DNA from: Nemertoderma westbladi
Taxonomy: Eukaryota; Animalia; Xenacoelomorpha
Assembly: GCA_032718475.1 (NCBI GenBank)
Contig: JAUCBJ010006199.1
Span: forward strand, 1-64,000
Direction of reading: 5' to 3'
DNA length: 64,000 bases
Shown: positions 1 through 11,576 of the stretch, piece by piece
How positions within the stretch are numbered: the first letter of the stretch is position 1
Layout of the letters: each line of letters starts with the position of its first letter
The notes under the pieces: model-generated
The model's input: only the letters and a program-made list of their open reading frames with translations
Told to the model about the DNA's origin: nothing
Databases searched by the model: none
Translations under genes and position numbers: made by a program

Positions 1-229
1 CGTAATTTATGGAGAACCCCGAAGCCGTGAGCATAATGTACTTGATTGTTTAACGGGTTTTCTACGCAGTATAGAAAATAATGTTCTATTTAAAAAATAT
101 GGGAACGGTTCCGCCCGGGCCTAGATGCATTTGTTGCAAAATGAAAATGCTGGCACGGGAGGAACTCTAGCCAAAATTATAGTTTCTTATTTAACAGTGC
201 TTGATGTTATGCATATATATACAAAGAAA

Positions 230-2524
230 CTATGCAAAATGTTTCTCAAACTGCCGTAATTTAGAAAATACTGTTTTCTGGTTTCCAGCCACAGGTTTCT
301 GCTCCAATAAACTCTCAGCTTTCGATTTGCTAACGTCTTCTCTTATTGTGAGTATATTGACTGCCTGTTCCTTGTCAATATCAGAATACGTATTGAGGAA
401 GGTGGATAATTCTAACCGTAGTACATCATCGTCTGAAAGTTTGATCAACTCCGCAATGGATATGAGAACATCACAAGGGTGATCCTCCTGCCCAGTGAAG
501 GATTTGGGAAGAGGTACTGCCGTCTTTATGTGATTCGCTTCCCAAATAAGTTGGTCCGCTGCCTCTTTGCGTTCTTTACTATTTTTAAATGCGATTTTTT
601 TTGTTGTCAATCCTCGGCAATAATCCGCCACAATACGATCGACGGATTCGCAAATTAAAAAATCCCTAAACTGGGATCGAATTTTCATCCACTCGTTCTC
701 GGCGAAATCAACCACTGTTGCACATATTACCTGGCAACTTTCATTATTCCCCAGCCAATTTTTCCCCAGTAAAGTTCCAGTGGTACCAATTACCACCCAC
801 ACAACGTCTATGAGATAACCACAAAGTTCGTAAGCAAAGTCATTGTATTTATCTTCCAACGCCTTAAACTGCGCAGTTTTTTCTCTGGTATCAATATCTA
901 GTAGGTCTGACTTGGCATACTCATCTTTCAAGAATTTAATCAAGTCGTTAAAGGTGTATGTCCCATTCGCTAACGAAATAACAGTCACAGTGAATCGCGA
1001 CAATGCTAAAGTGTTATCTGTAGAAAAAGTACTTAAAGACTTTGTTCTATATTTGCTAATTTCCTCACTGTAATTTTGGAGAAAAGACGACAGTTGATTA
1101 ACGCAGTTCAATATTGTACGGAGTTTTACCATTGAACTAACATTTCCAGCGTCAGAAACATTCGATTGAACAATCTGGTGTATAGTTATAGACAAATCGG
1201 ATAGATAATACCCCTGGCCGTGAATATCCGGTTTTTTGTAATCTACATCCGACTTATTCCAATCCAGTACTTCAGCATTCAAGGCCTTATTCATATATTC
1301 CAAACCTTCAATAGCCATTCTCTCTATGTAATTATCGACAAGGTTTTTAATCTTGTCCTCCCCGAGAACGGGGCATAATCTAATGACATCGCATTCGAGA
1401 TCTGGATGGCCCAGAAGATTGGGCCCCGTGTATGTATCAATCCATAATAGAAACATCAACATATCATGATTTGTTTTTAATTCATTTTCAGCTATGTTTA
1501 GAAGATGTAAAGACAAACATGCGTGGGTTAACTTAATAATTCGTTCGAATATGTTGTATGATGGGGGGAATGTCATTGAATAGTAATGTTTAACAATGCG
1601 CAGATCTTCTAGAACCCTGTCGCGTAAACGCTCTAAATGTTTGGGAAGCCAATTAGTATCTTTTTTTGGCGAATCCTTTACTACACCATCAATTCTCGCA
1701 TGTACTGCCTTCTCTAACTGGTCGTAACATAATGATCTCCATTTTTTTGGACGTCCGGGGATATCAAACTCGCGCGGAAGCGGGGCTTTTATTTTTCCAG
1801 TCTCGTCCTCTCGTGGCTCGGCCAACTGCTTCTGACGTAAGTCCTCTTTTTCTTCTCTCTCAATAATTCTGAGAGCCGTGACAACCATTTCTGGGTTTTG
1901 TTGGACTATATCGTTAGCCCTGGAAATTACAAACAAAACTTGAATACGAAGGGATTCAACAACTTGCTCAGTAGAAGCAAAAAATGATTTAATCAGATCA
2001 AAGTCAATTCGACTTGGTGATGGTTGTTTTCTTATCTCGTGTAATATACTGTCTCTTGCACCTTCAATCTCTGACAAACATGCATGAGCTTGAAGTAGTT
2101 TATCTTGTTCAATAAGTTTATGGCACAATTTGACAGTTTCACCCACTTTAAATATATGTTCGAGATTGCCAACAGCAGTTACATAACGTTGGTGGTGTCC
2201 AGCCACAGTCTTTAAATCCTTGAGTTCTTCCTCGACGTTGGCATTTTGTCGGAAGATTTCACCTATTTCAAGCATGATTTCCTTGATACTTTTTATTTCA
2301 TCGACAGCATATTTAAGTTGTTCCAACCCGGTGCTAACTCCATCCAGCTGAGTTTGCATTGCTGTTGTTAATCTAGCATCAACCGACGCTTTCTTTTTTT
2401 CTACATCTCTCCTGATCTGACTGAGTTTTTGAAGTTTGTCCGAAGTCTGTAAAGCATTTTCTACATAACGCATGGCACTTTCAATTGCTTCAGCTTGTTG
2501 GCTTTCCATACTTTTATTATTCAT
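230..2524 (-). CDS. EXOC3: Exocyst complex component 3 (Sec6), single-exon CDS
   Basis: 764-aa ORF. N-terminus KKASVDARLTTAMQTQLDGVSTGLEQL, ALRIIEREE, PGRPKKWR, HLERLR..LEDL, FPPSYNIF and C-terminal LELSTFLNTYSDI match the Sec6/EXOC3 family as recalled, at full length. Confidence 0.93.
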   Translation of the reverse strand: MNNKSMESQQAEAIESAMRYVENALQTSDKLQKLSQIRRDVEKKKASVDARLTTAMQTQLDGVSTGLEQLKYAVDEIKSIKEIMLEIGEIFRQNANVEEELKDLKTVAGHHQRYVTAVGNLEHIFKVGETVKLCHKLIEQDKLLQAHACLSEIEGARDSILHEIRKQPSPSRIDFDLIKSFFASTEQVVESLRIQVLFVISRANDIVQQNPEMVVTALRIIEREEKEDLRQKQLAEPREDETGKIKAPLPREFDIPGRPKKWRSLCYDQLEKAVHARIDGVVKDSPKKDTNWLPKHLERLRDRVLEDLRIVKHYYSMTFPPSYNIFERIIKLTHACLSLHLLNIAENELKTNHDMLMFLLWIDTYTGPNLLGHPDLECDVIRLCPVLGEDKIKNLVDNYIERMAIEGLEYMNKALNAEVLDWNKSDVDYKKPDIHGQGYYLSDLSITIHQIVQSNVSDAGNVSSMVKLRTILNCVNQLSSFLQNYSEEISKYRTKSLSTFSTDNTLALSRFTVTVISLANGTYTFNDLIKFLKDEYAKSDLLDIDTREKTAQFKALEDKYNDFAYELCGYLIDVVWVVIGTTGTLLGKNWLGNNESCQVICATVVDFAENEWMKIRSQFRDFLICESVDRIVADYCRGLTTKKIAFKNSKERKEAADQLIWEANHIKTAVPLPKSFTGQEDHPCDVLISIAELIKLSDDDVLRLELSTFLNTYSDIDKEQAVNILTIREDVSKSKAESLLEQKPVAGNQKTVFSKLRQFEKHFA

Positions 2525-5278
2525 TATGAAATTATTGAATTATTAACTGGCTGGGCCTCTGAGTTTCTCGTGTTCAGTTAATTTCTTAAAATCAAGTCGT
2601 TCGAAGTAATCTCAGCCTACTGTGTGAAACGGGCCATCATGAATGAATAAGCTTTAGTAGTTTATATTTAACCAAATTTTGTATTGGTTATGCGTGCTGT
2701 CAGGCTGTTCGGTTACTGTAGGTTTCGGTTTATGATTACGGTATAAACTACAGACTGTACAGACTACAGCACTATATACATTACCATACCGGTAAGTATA
2801 GTTTAATAAAAGTAAATAAACCTGTACATGAATGAGGAGACAGGGAGAATGGTTAGGCCTACCATTATATAAAATCAGACCTTCACATCCTGACATCTGT
2901 TTAAACAGATCTAATATCTGAATATATAGGTGAATATCATAAACACTGCTGGTTTTGGATGCTGAGCTGATTGCCCGAACGGCTGATCCCCCAAGGACCG
3001 TTTAATGACCGCAATAATGTAGTAGGATACCGGTAATGTCCGAAATTCCGCCAAAGTTTTTAGATTACTGGTATGACTTAGGGCAGTTGTACTTCTTGTA
3101 ACTACTAAATTAGGCCAGCTAGGGCCTCCTACCGTCACCGTCAGACCTTAGGTGTTAGGGTTGAGTAGTTGACTCGTTGACGCTGTTTAGTTAGATAGAC
3201 TGAGGCCCAATCAACTAATCCTAACCCCAACTGCACTGAACTTCCCATAGTCAACAGTCCTAACTAAAATAACAAACCAAATAAACGAGAGCAAAATTTG
3301 TACTGCTGTACCGGTCTGCCGGTACTGCACCCCACTCAGTTGGGGAAAGATGCTTATTTAGGCAGTCCGTCCGGTCCGACTTCCTAAATAAGAACCGAGC
3401 TGCCTATATAGGCAGTTTTCGTCATTTTTTGGGATAAATTTGATGATTTAAACCACTTAAACGAAAATTGGCATATGAAGAATTTTACATATTAGAGATA
3501 TACCTGTCACTCACTGATAAAAAATTAGAAAAATCGATCTAAGCTTCTTTGATCTATTATCAATATAAGATTGACAGTTTCAGTTTATTTGCCAATGGCT
3601 GAAAATCCCATGACTGTGGTGCCTAAAATAATAACACCAGCATTGATAACGTGGTGCTTAAATAGGCAGTTTGCCCTCGTTTTGCTTGGAATTTTTTATT
3701 CGAACTGCCTATTTTAGAATTTTTTTTATTCGAACTGCCTATTTTAGAATGTCAGCTTCTTATTTAAAAGATGATGTGTAGTAAGCTACCATGTTCTGAA
3801 CATCATTTTTCAAAGTTAAAGAGTCAACATTTTCAATTTTCAAACTAACTTATTAGCATAGGAATATATTATTTGATCAGGTCAGCACCCAGCATCCAGT
3901 CCAACAGTAAAGACATGGACACATGGAGTAACATGGAGACCCGATTTGTTAAACGCTGCGGTTGTTGTGGAGCCGAAGCAAAAGAAATTAACTTATTGGA
4001 AAGTAGAGGGAAGGGGTGCAACAAAACTGTAATCGAATTCATAGAAGACACCGGCTGACCGGTAAGATGTCAAAAAAGTCATCTTATATTTGTCACAAAT
4101 GTTATTATTATGGAGTTGCTGAATGTGCCAAAGTAACGAAAAGATTTAAAGCTACTGATACAGCCGAAGACCTACTACAATTGACATCGATCAGCCATCA
4201 ACAAGTGCACCTTACATACCTGACAATAATCTAAAGACGTCAATTATTCGCACTGCTGGTACACTAAAGGGAAAATATAAGGAGTTTCCTTTAGTGGATA
4301 ATATTATCCCATTGATCGACAAGCCTGTGCTAAATTTTTGCTGCTCCTTGGCTGAATTAGATTCAAGTGAGGTGGAAACTGCCACCATGAAAATAAAGTT
4401 TCAAATTGTAAAAACTGAGTTCCTGTGCAACCTATCAGTCACCTATTTTATTGGTCCATTATCGTTCCAGCAAGCTTTTAATGCTTATGTTATTAACCAC
4501 TGCAAGAACATATATACATAGTGCAGGTAGTCCAAATGGAAGTGTAACATTAATTCAGAAGATGATCGATGATATGGCTGTTCAAGTACCTTACAGTTCC
4601 AGAGAAACTGGAGATATTCAAGTGGCCGTGGACAATAATCAAGTGTACTCTAAAACTTACCATGTAATTTATAGGCCAGCTTGAGCAGATGGATATATAT
4701 GTCTGTCAGAATTATATTGAAAAAGTTTGTTGTTAAGTAAGTTAAGATTTATTAATACCAGTATATATCGTTTTTATAATGATATACAGTTGCTATTAAT
4801 ATATATACAGTAAGCCCTATGCCTATATAGTTGTTATAATGATATGCAGTTGTTTCTGTAGTCCATATTTCTGATTTATCATTAGGCTTACCATTATCAT
4901 TTATCATCTATCATTTATCATCATTTATCATTAGGTGTTGGTGTATAACCGTACTCTTCTTTTTTAGGGGTGTTACCATCTCAAAAACGAGAGTGTTGTA
5001 AGTATGCTACACAAATGCCCAGAGCCTGTGCAATACAGTGCTCTTCAACAACTTGTTATAAATTCAGCAGCAATTACAAGTTTCATTAACCAGTACACTT
5101 CCCAATTAGAACGAGTTTGTAATGATGCAAGAAAAATGTATCTTGCCAAGCTACTGGATGAGGTAAAGGCGGAATGCAGCCAATCAGATAATGTTGAAGA
5201 GTACATTAGAATCAAGAGTGGTGGTGGCTCTTCATCTGCAAATCCAGTTGCTAAGTGGAAGAGTGAGAAATATGAATA

Positions 5279-5852
5279 CGAAATATCGAATACGTAAGGG
5301 AAAGGCATGGGCAGCCTTGAATAGGCTTTCCAGGATTTGGAAGTCACCTAGAATTAATCGGAAACTTAAGGTCCGATTATTTAGAGCAGCAGTAGTTCCA
5401 GTACTCCTCTACGGGAGTCCATGCTGGGCTCTAACTGCTGAGGACACCAAATCTCTGGATGGCACATTCACAAGAATGCTACGCCGGGTACATTGTGTCA
5501 AGTACAATGCACACATCTCCAACCAGACACTATATAACATTGGAGGTGTCTCATTGGTTCCCCCAAGCTTGACACTAGAACAAAATCGCCTCCGCTTTGC
5601 AGGACATTGCTTTCGCCGTGAGGACCAGCCAGTGCATAATCTTGTACTTTGGCAGCCTCATGGAGTGAATAAGCATGGTGGACAGCCCATGACTTTCTTG
5701 AGACGCATCTTAAAGGACACTGGCCTTAAAGATGCGGATGATCTAGCAAATGTCATGGGTGATAGGGAGTTGTGGCGGTGCAATTTTGTTGACAAGCCGG
5801 CACAGCATTCTTAAAAATGCAGCTGCAATGCAGCATGCCGATCCTAGTAGTA
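5279..5852 (+). mobile_element. 5'-truncated RTE-type non-LTR retrotransposon
   Basis: Encodes an RTE-like C-terminal region (KAWAALNRLSRIWKS..KVRLFRAAVVPVLLYGS..RLRFAGHCFR..MGDRELWR). Short (TAG)n tail. 14-bp TSD GAGAAATATGAATA at 5265-5278 and 5853-5866. Confidence 0.88.
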
Positions 5853-6647
5853 GAGAAATATGAATATGTGGGCGGATCTGCTGTACTCATCGATGAGACG
5901 AATGTAAAATTTAAAATTCATGACCCATATGAAGGGGATCCTGGATCTGTGAGTGCTGTTACTGACATGTTGAATAAACTGGTAAGTGATTTCGTTAACC
6001 ATGACAGGAAATGGATAGTTGCTGTTATGGATGGGTTGCCATACCAATTCGCGCACCCCATCATAAAGCAAGATAACAATCTGCTGAAACATATATTATT
6101 AAAGCCTGGATTTGGTCACGTACATCATAAAATGATAACAACGCTAACTAGGGTATTGTGGGTACCTTTTGTGAAAGCTTTTGCGACACAGATTGCAGGT
6201 TATAAATCTGTAAAGGCAATTAGTGTGTTTTACAACTCAGTCGATCACCATAAAATGGAAGAGTCGTATGATGTAATAATAGAAGGCAATTTGAAGGAAT
6301 TATTACGGTTAGCAATTTCTGAAAGGATGAATGAACAACATCAAAATGGCGCATCAAACAATAATATAAATAGTATTACCCTTGAAAACATTACTAGTTG
6401 GGCCAATAGTATAAGTAATCCTTCTCTAAAGTTTATTTTTAAGTGGACTTACGGACCCTTATTATCCATGAAATTGTTTAAACAAGCTTTGCGCCACAAC
6501 AACTCATTAGCCTTGGATGGTTTCCTGTTTAAGTTTGCTCCAGTGTTTTTTTCTCATACAAATTATATTTATCAAGGAATTTGCCTTCACTACTTTTCAC
6601 AAAAGATTCAGATGACTCCTACAGTTCGAAACTTTTATGAAAACGAT

Positions 6648-6846
6648 TGTGGAGATGGCGTAGCCACGAAATAAAAACGTATGAAAAACTCGGATTCAAG
6701 TTCGAGCGATCGCTGATGGCATACTGCAGTCCTGTTGTACCATTATGTAGGTGGGCCTAGGCTAAAATCTCTAGGGTTGCTAGGTAACCGTAATAACAAA
6801 GTTTCGGGACTGTATATTACATGTGTTATGTATGCGGGTTGCCACA
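6648..6846 (-). repeat. 3' LTR of the Gypsy element
   Basis: Direct repeat of 10787-10985. Preceded on the minus strand by a G-rich PPT (CTGGGGGTGGTCA, ~6847-6859). Confidence 0.95.
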
Positions 6847-6871
6847 TGACCACCCCCAGTCTCGAAACGTA

Positions 6872-9800
6872 TTATAGATATTCGGGTGGACGGACCGTCC
6901 GGCCCGATCGAGTTTGTACGGGCGGTTGGGCTGGGGTTGGTGGTCTTTGCGTTAGTACCGGCGGTGTAGGAGGTACCGGAGGTGCGTTCGGGGGTCGACC
7001 TCGGCGCCGCGGTTGGCCGAGGACGACCGGCTCGGCAAAATCGAGATGGGCCTGTTTGAGTCGGTCGACTGAAATCGTTTCAGTTCGACCGCCCTTCTCG
7101 ATCTTAAATGTTTTGGGTCCGGGGGTGAGGACCTTGTAAGGCCCCTCGTAGGGGCGTTCGAATGGCGTCCGGTGGGCGTCGCGCCGGACGAAAACGTAGG
7201 TAGCGTCGTGGAGGTCCGGTGGAACCGACGACGGAGTCAGTCCGTGGCGTGACGTCGGTACCGGAGCGAACCGCCCGACCGTATCCCGGAGTTGAGGGAG
7301 GATCGTGGACGGCGAGTGCTGGGCGCCTGTAGCCGGCGGAAGGAACTCGCCCGGGACGGTGAGGGGGGCACCGTAGACCAGTTCGGCGGAGGAGGTCCCC
7401 AAGTCGTCCTTGGGAGCGGTCCGGATTCCGAGGAGAACCCACGGCAACTCGTCGACCCAATCGGGGCCGGTGAGCGAGGCCCGCAGGGCGGACTTTAGGT
7501 GGCGGTGGAAACGTTCCACCAGTCCGTTCGCCTGCGGGTGGTAGGCCGTGGTGCGGTGCAGTTGGGTGCCCAGCAGCTGGTTGACGGCGGACCAGAGCTG
7601 GGAGGTAAACTGCGAACCGCGGTCGGAGGAGAGATCCGCGGGGACGCCGAACCGAGATATCCAGTTGGAGATCAGAGCCCGGGCGCAACTCTCGGTGGAG
7701 GTCTCAGTGAGGGGCACGGCCTCTGGCCACCGAGTGAACCGGTCGACCATCGTCAGCAGGTCAGTGAACCCGCGCGATGGTGGTAGAGGGCCGACCAGAT
7801 CCACGTGGATGTGGTCGAACCGGCGGTGGGGGTTGGCGAAGGTGCCGAGGGGCGCGCGGACGTGGCGTTGCACCTTGGAAGACTGGCAAGGGACGCAGGT
7901 CTTCGCCCACTCGCCCACCTCTTTGCGGAGGCCGTGCCACACGAACCTGTCGGCGACGAGTTTCTTGGTGGTACGAGCGCCGGGGTGAGACAGGCCGTGT
8001 AGGGCGTCGAAGACGCGCCGTCGCCAGGCGACGGGGACGACGGGGCGCGGGCGTCCGAGAGAAACGTCGCAAAGTAGAGTGGCGTTGGCGGGGGCGAGCG
8101 GGACGTCTTCCAGTTGGAGGCCGGACACGGCGGAGCGGTAGGTTGGCAGCTCGGGGTCGGCGAGTTGGGCAGCCGCCATAGCCGTGTAGTCGAGGCCGGG
8201 GAGGAGGGTTCGAACCGCGCTGACGGTAGTCCTGGAGAGCGCATCCGCCACACAGTTGTCTTTGCCGGCGACGTGTTTGATCGCCGTGGTAAACTCGGAA
8301 ATGTAGGCGATGTGTCGTTGTTGCCGATTCGACCACGGGTCGCTGATCTTGGCGAATGCGAACGTCAGGGGTTTGTGGTCTGTGTAGGCGGTGAATACGC
8401 GGCCCTCCAGGTAGTACCGGAAGTGGCGAACAGCGAGGTACAACGCGAGAAGTTCCCGGTCGAACGCGCTGTACTTCACCTCCGGGGGTCGAAGTTGGCG
8501 GCTGAAGAACGCCAGGGGGCGCCACGAGTCGCCGACGAGCTGTTCTAGAACGGCGCCCACCGCCGTGCCGGATGCGTCCACGGTGAGCGCCGTCGGTGCG
8601 TTGGCGTTGGGGTGGGCGAGCATCGTGGCGTTGGCGAGGGCTTCCTTGGCGTTCCGGAACGCCGCCGCCATGTCGGGGGTCCAGTCGAGGGACTTGGGTT
8701 TACCGGCAAGGGCCGCGTAGAGGGGCCGCGGGGACGAACCGATGATAGAAGTTCACCATCCCCACGAACTCCTGCAGGCCCTTGACGGTGGTCGGTTGGG
8801 TGAACTCCCGGATGGCGGCGACCTTATCGGGGAGCGGGACGGCGCCGTGGGCCGAGATTCGGTGGCCGAGGAAGTCGATGGTCGACCGACCGAACTCGCA
8901 CTTGGCGAGGTTGATCACGAGGCCGTGTTCTTGGAGGCGCGTGAAGAGCTGACGGAGGTGGTCACGGTGTTCCTTGGGGGACCGACTCGCGACGAGGACG
9001 TCGTCTAGGTAGACGAAGAGGAAGTCGAGTCCCTGGCACACCGTGTCCATCAGTCTCTGGAAGGCCTGGGCCGCGTTCTTCAGCCCGAACGGCATTCGAA
9101 GGAATTCAAACAGGCCGAACGGGGTTATAACCGCGGTCTTGGCGATGTCGGCCTCGGTTACGGGGATAGCCGCGCACCAGATCGATCTTAGAAAAGATCT
9201 TCGCCCCAGCCAGTCTGGATGAGAAGTCCTGGATATGGGGGATAGGGTACCGGTCCGGAGTCGTGGCGTCGTTGAGGCGTCGGTAGTCGCCACACGGCCG
9301 CCATCCACCCGAGGGTTTAGGGGCCATGTGGAGGGGCGACGCCCAGGGACTGTTGGACCGGCGGATGATCCCCATCTCCTCCATCTTCCGGAACTCGTCC
9401 CGCGCGATCTCGAGTTTGTCTGGAGGCAGACGACGGGCGCGGGAGTAGACCGGGGGTCCCTCGGTGGGGATGTAATGTTTGACCCCGTGTTTCGCGGTGG
9501 GGTCGGAGAACCGAGGGATCGTTATATCGGGGAACTCGGCGAGGAGCCGTGCGAACTCGTCGTCCGAGGCGGTGACCGAACCGAGGTGGGGGGCGTGGCC
9601 CGTAGTCCGCCCGCACGGGATCGAGGTCAACGTCTCGGCGTCGACTAGACGGCGGCCTCTCAGGTCGACCAACATGTTGTTCGCTCGGAGGAAGTCGGCA
9701 CCGAGGAGAGGCTGGGCGACGTCGGCCGCGATAAACTTCCACTGGAACCGGCGGGAGTGGAAGTCGAGTTTGACGGAGCGGTCGCCGTACGTTCGAATGT

Positions 9801-9996
9801 ACGTTTTGTTGGCTGCGAGGAGGGGCGGCCCGCTCTGTCCCGAACGTTCCTCGCGAGTCGTCGCGGGAATAACGCTCACCTCCGCCCCGGTGTCGACCAA
9901 GAAGCGTTGCCCGGAAACGCGGTCCCAGGCAAACAGCAGCAGGTCGGTGTGGCCGGCCGTTGCAGCTGCTACAAACGGCCGGCCGGGGCGTTTCCC
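6872..9996 (-). pseudogene. Gypsy pol (protease, RT, RNase H, integrase), broken by two frameshifts
   Basis: [10 protein letters not shown] (PR), MPFGLKNA and YLDD (RT), VDAS..RELLA..TDHKPL (RH), H..H..C..C zinc finger, DLVGP/SDRGSQF/NGLVER (IN) and YEGPYKV. Frame breaks near 9165 (LVRGY/IPV) and near 8722 (VPAA/PLYAAL). Confidence 0.92.
9950..9996 (-). promoter_or_regulatory. -1 programmed ribosomal frameshift signal (gag-pol)
   Basis: Slippery heptamer G GGA AAC at 9996-9990 in the gag frame, followed by the hairpin GGCCGGCCGTTTGTAGC-A-GCTGCAACGGCCGGCC. A -1 shift enters the protease frame (KRPGRPF..). Confidence 0.8.
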
Positions 9997-10673
9997 TGGT
10001 AACTGCAGGGCGGGCGGCACTTCCTGGCTGAGGGGCCGAACGTCTGGTGATAATAGCACCAGTCCGGGTTCGAGTTCGGGGCCCGCGGGGCGGGAGTCGA
10101 CGCCGACGAGGAGTTCTTGCCGGTTCGCTGCGGCGGGACCGGCGTCGGTTTCCTGACGGCGTGGGCCGCGAGTGAGGTCTGCCGGGAGGCCTCCCACAGC
10201 GCGTCGGCCCGGTCCGCAACCCTGTCGAGGTCGCGGAAGTCCTCCTCCGCGAGTTGGAGGCGGATTGCGGCGGGCATCTGCCGGAGGAAGGCCTCCTCGA
10301 AGAGGAGTCCCGCGTTGTCGTCGCCGAGGAGCGCCTGCATTTCTCCGAGGAGTTGCGTGGGGCGCCGGTCACCGAGGCCGTCGAGGTCCCAGAGTCGGGC
10401 TGCGCGCTCGCGTCGGGAGAGCCCGAAGGCTTTGAGAAGTTGGCCCTTGAGTTTGAGGTACTTCTCAGTAGCGGGAGGGTTCCGGATGAGTTTTAGGAGG
10501 CGAGCGGCTGTCTCCTGGTCGAGGGCCCCCACCACGTAATAATATTTTGTAGTGTCCTCGGTGATGCTACGAATGTGGAACTGCGCCTCCGCCTGGGCGA
10601 ACCACACCTCGGGTTGGGTGGTCCAGAACGGAGGCAGTTTGATAGAAACGGCGTTGGCGGTCGCTTCGGCCAT
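9969..10673 (-). CDS. Gypsy gag
   Basis: [43 protein letters not shown] and the C-terminal knuckle [18 protein letters not shown]. First ATG at 10673. Confidence 0.9.
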   Translation of the reverse strand: MAEATANAVSIKLPPFWTTQPEVWFAQAEAQFHIRSITEDTTKYYYVVGALDQETAARLLKLIRNPPATEKYLKLKGQLLKAFGLSRRERAARLWDLDGLGDRRPTQLLGEMQALLGDDNAGLLFEEAFLRQMPAAIRLQLAEEDFRDLDRVADRADALWEASRQTSLAAHAVRKPTPVPPQRTGKNSSSASTPAPRAPNSNPDWCYYHQTFGPSARKCRPPCSYQGNAPAGRL

Positions 10674-10776
10674 TGTCGTCAACACAGTTTCGGTGGCAGT
10701 TCCAGTTTGCTTGCAGGATCGTCAATCGTGTCTGCGTGTTGCGAGTCGCGGTCTCAAGAGTTCGTCCTGAGACGCT

Positions 10777-10785
10777 GGGTCACCA
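10777..10785 (-). promoter_or_regulatory. Primer binding site, probably tRNA-Trp
   Basis: TGGTGACCC lies one base downstream of the 5' LTR and matches the start of the tRNA-Trp-type PBS (TGGTGACCCCG..). Confidence 0.7.
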
Positions 10786-10786
10786 T

Positions 10787-10985
10787 TGTGGAGATGGCGT
10801 AGCCACGAAATAAAAACGTATGAAAAACTCGGATTCAAGTTCGAGCGATCGCTGATGGCATACTGCAGTCCTGTTGTACCATTATGTAGGTGGGCCTAGG
10901 CTAAAATCTCTAGGGTTGCTAGGTAACCGTAATAACAAAGTTTCGGGACTGTATATTACATGTGTTATGTATGCGGGTTGCCACA
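10787..10985 (-). repeat. 5' LTR of the Gypsy element
   Basis: Direct repeat of 6648-6846, adjacent to the PBS. Confidence 0.95.
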
Positions 10986-11576
10986 CGATTCCTATACAAG
11001 TAACCTGGACTTTAGAGGTGAGGCTCTCGATTACAGATTAGAATAAGTTCACAAAAAGTTAAAATCTCTTCTTCGATCTGGTTTGCCAATTTGGAAGCGC
11101 TGGGTGACTGGATATCAAAAGCATTTTCAAAGACGATTTCAGAACTGTTATTATTTTACCGAGGTACCAATTCTATCCTATATGCGATTCTATCAGCTTT
11201 AACGTTGGTTACAGGAGGGGACAGTTTATGATTTTCTCTCCCGATCTGAGGCTCTTCAAACGGACATATCTTCAAAAGTTTTCGATGAATTTGTATAATT
11301 GTGGGGCGAGACACGTAGTCGGCGAGCCTTGGCATACGGTTCATATAGGGCAAATGGGGCATGTCCGTCTGGTAAATCTTTGAACGCGAATTTCTCGGCA
11401 TCGCTGATTTGAAATTGAACCAAACTTAGTAGGTAAGTAGTAGAGAGAAAGTTTAGAAAATTTGTAAAGTTTGGTGAAAAATCATGCAGTCTGACGTCAG
11501 CTACGACAGATTATGTGGTTTTTAGAAAATGTTACATTTATCGGGAACGCCTCATTTTCCAGAGCTGAAATTTTGG

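Larger units (their letters stand above)
6648..10985 (-). mobile_element. Full-length Ty3/Gypsy LTR retrotransposon
   Basis: Two 199-bp LTRs (TG..CA) identical by eye. 4-bp TSD CGAT (6644-6647, 10986-10989). PBS and PPT present. Domain order gag-PR-RT-RH-IN. Confidence 0.96.
3873..11140 (+). pseudogene. Decayed large ORF of an uncharacterised, probably transposon-associated family (DUF6589-like), interrupted by a LINE and an LTR element
   Basis: Fragments at 3873-4684, 5004-5278, 5867-6647 and 10990-~11140. The three downstream pieces rejoin in frame once the two insertions and one TSD copy each are removed (..KWKSEKYEY|VGGSAV.. and ..FYEND|SYTSNLDFRGEALDYRLE*). Motifs VDNNQ, VMDGLPY, LKPGFGH, DHHK. 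Stops and frameshifts in the 5' part. The family name is from memory, not a search. Confidence 0.5.

Noticed and set aside
6735-10802. Many overlapping and antisense ORFs within the Gypsy element
   Set aside because: Expected from high GC content and few stop codons. Only gag and pol frames carry recognisable motifs.
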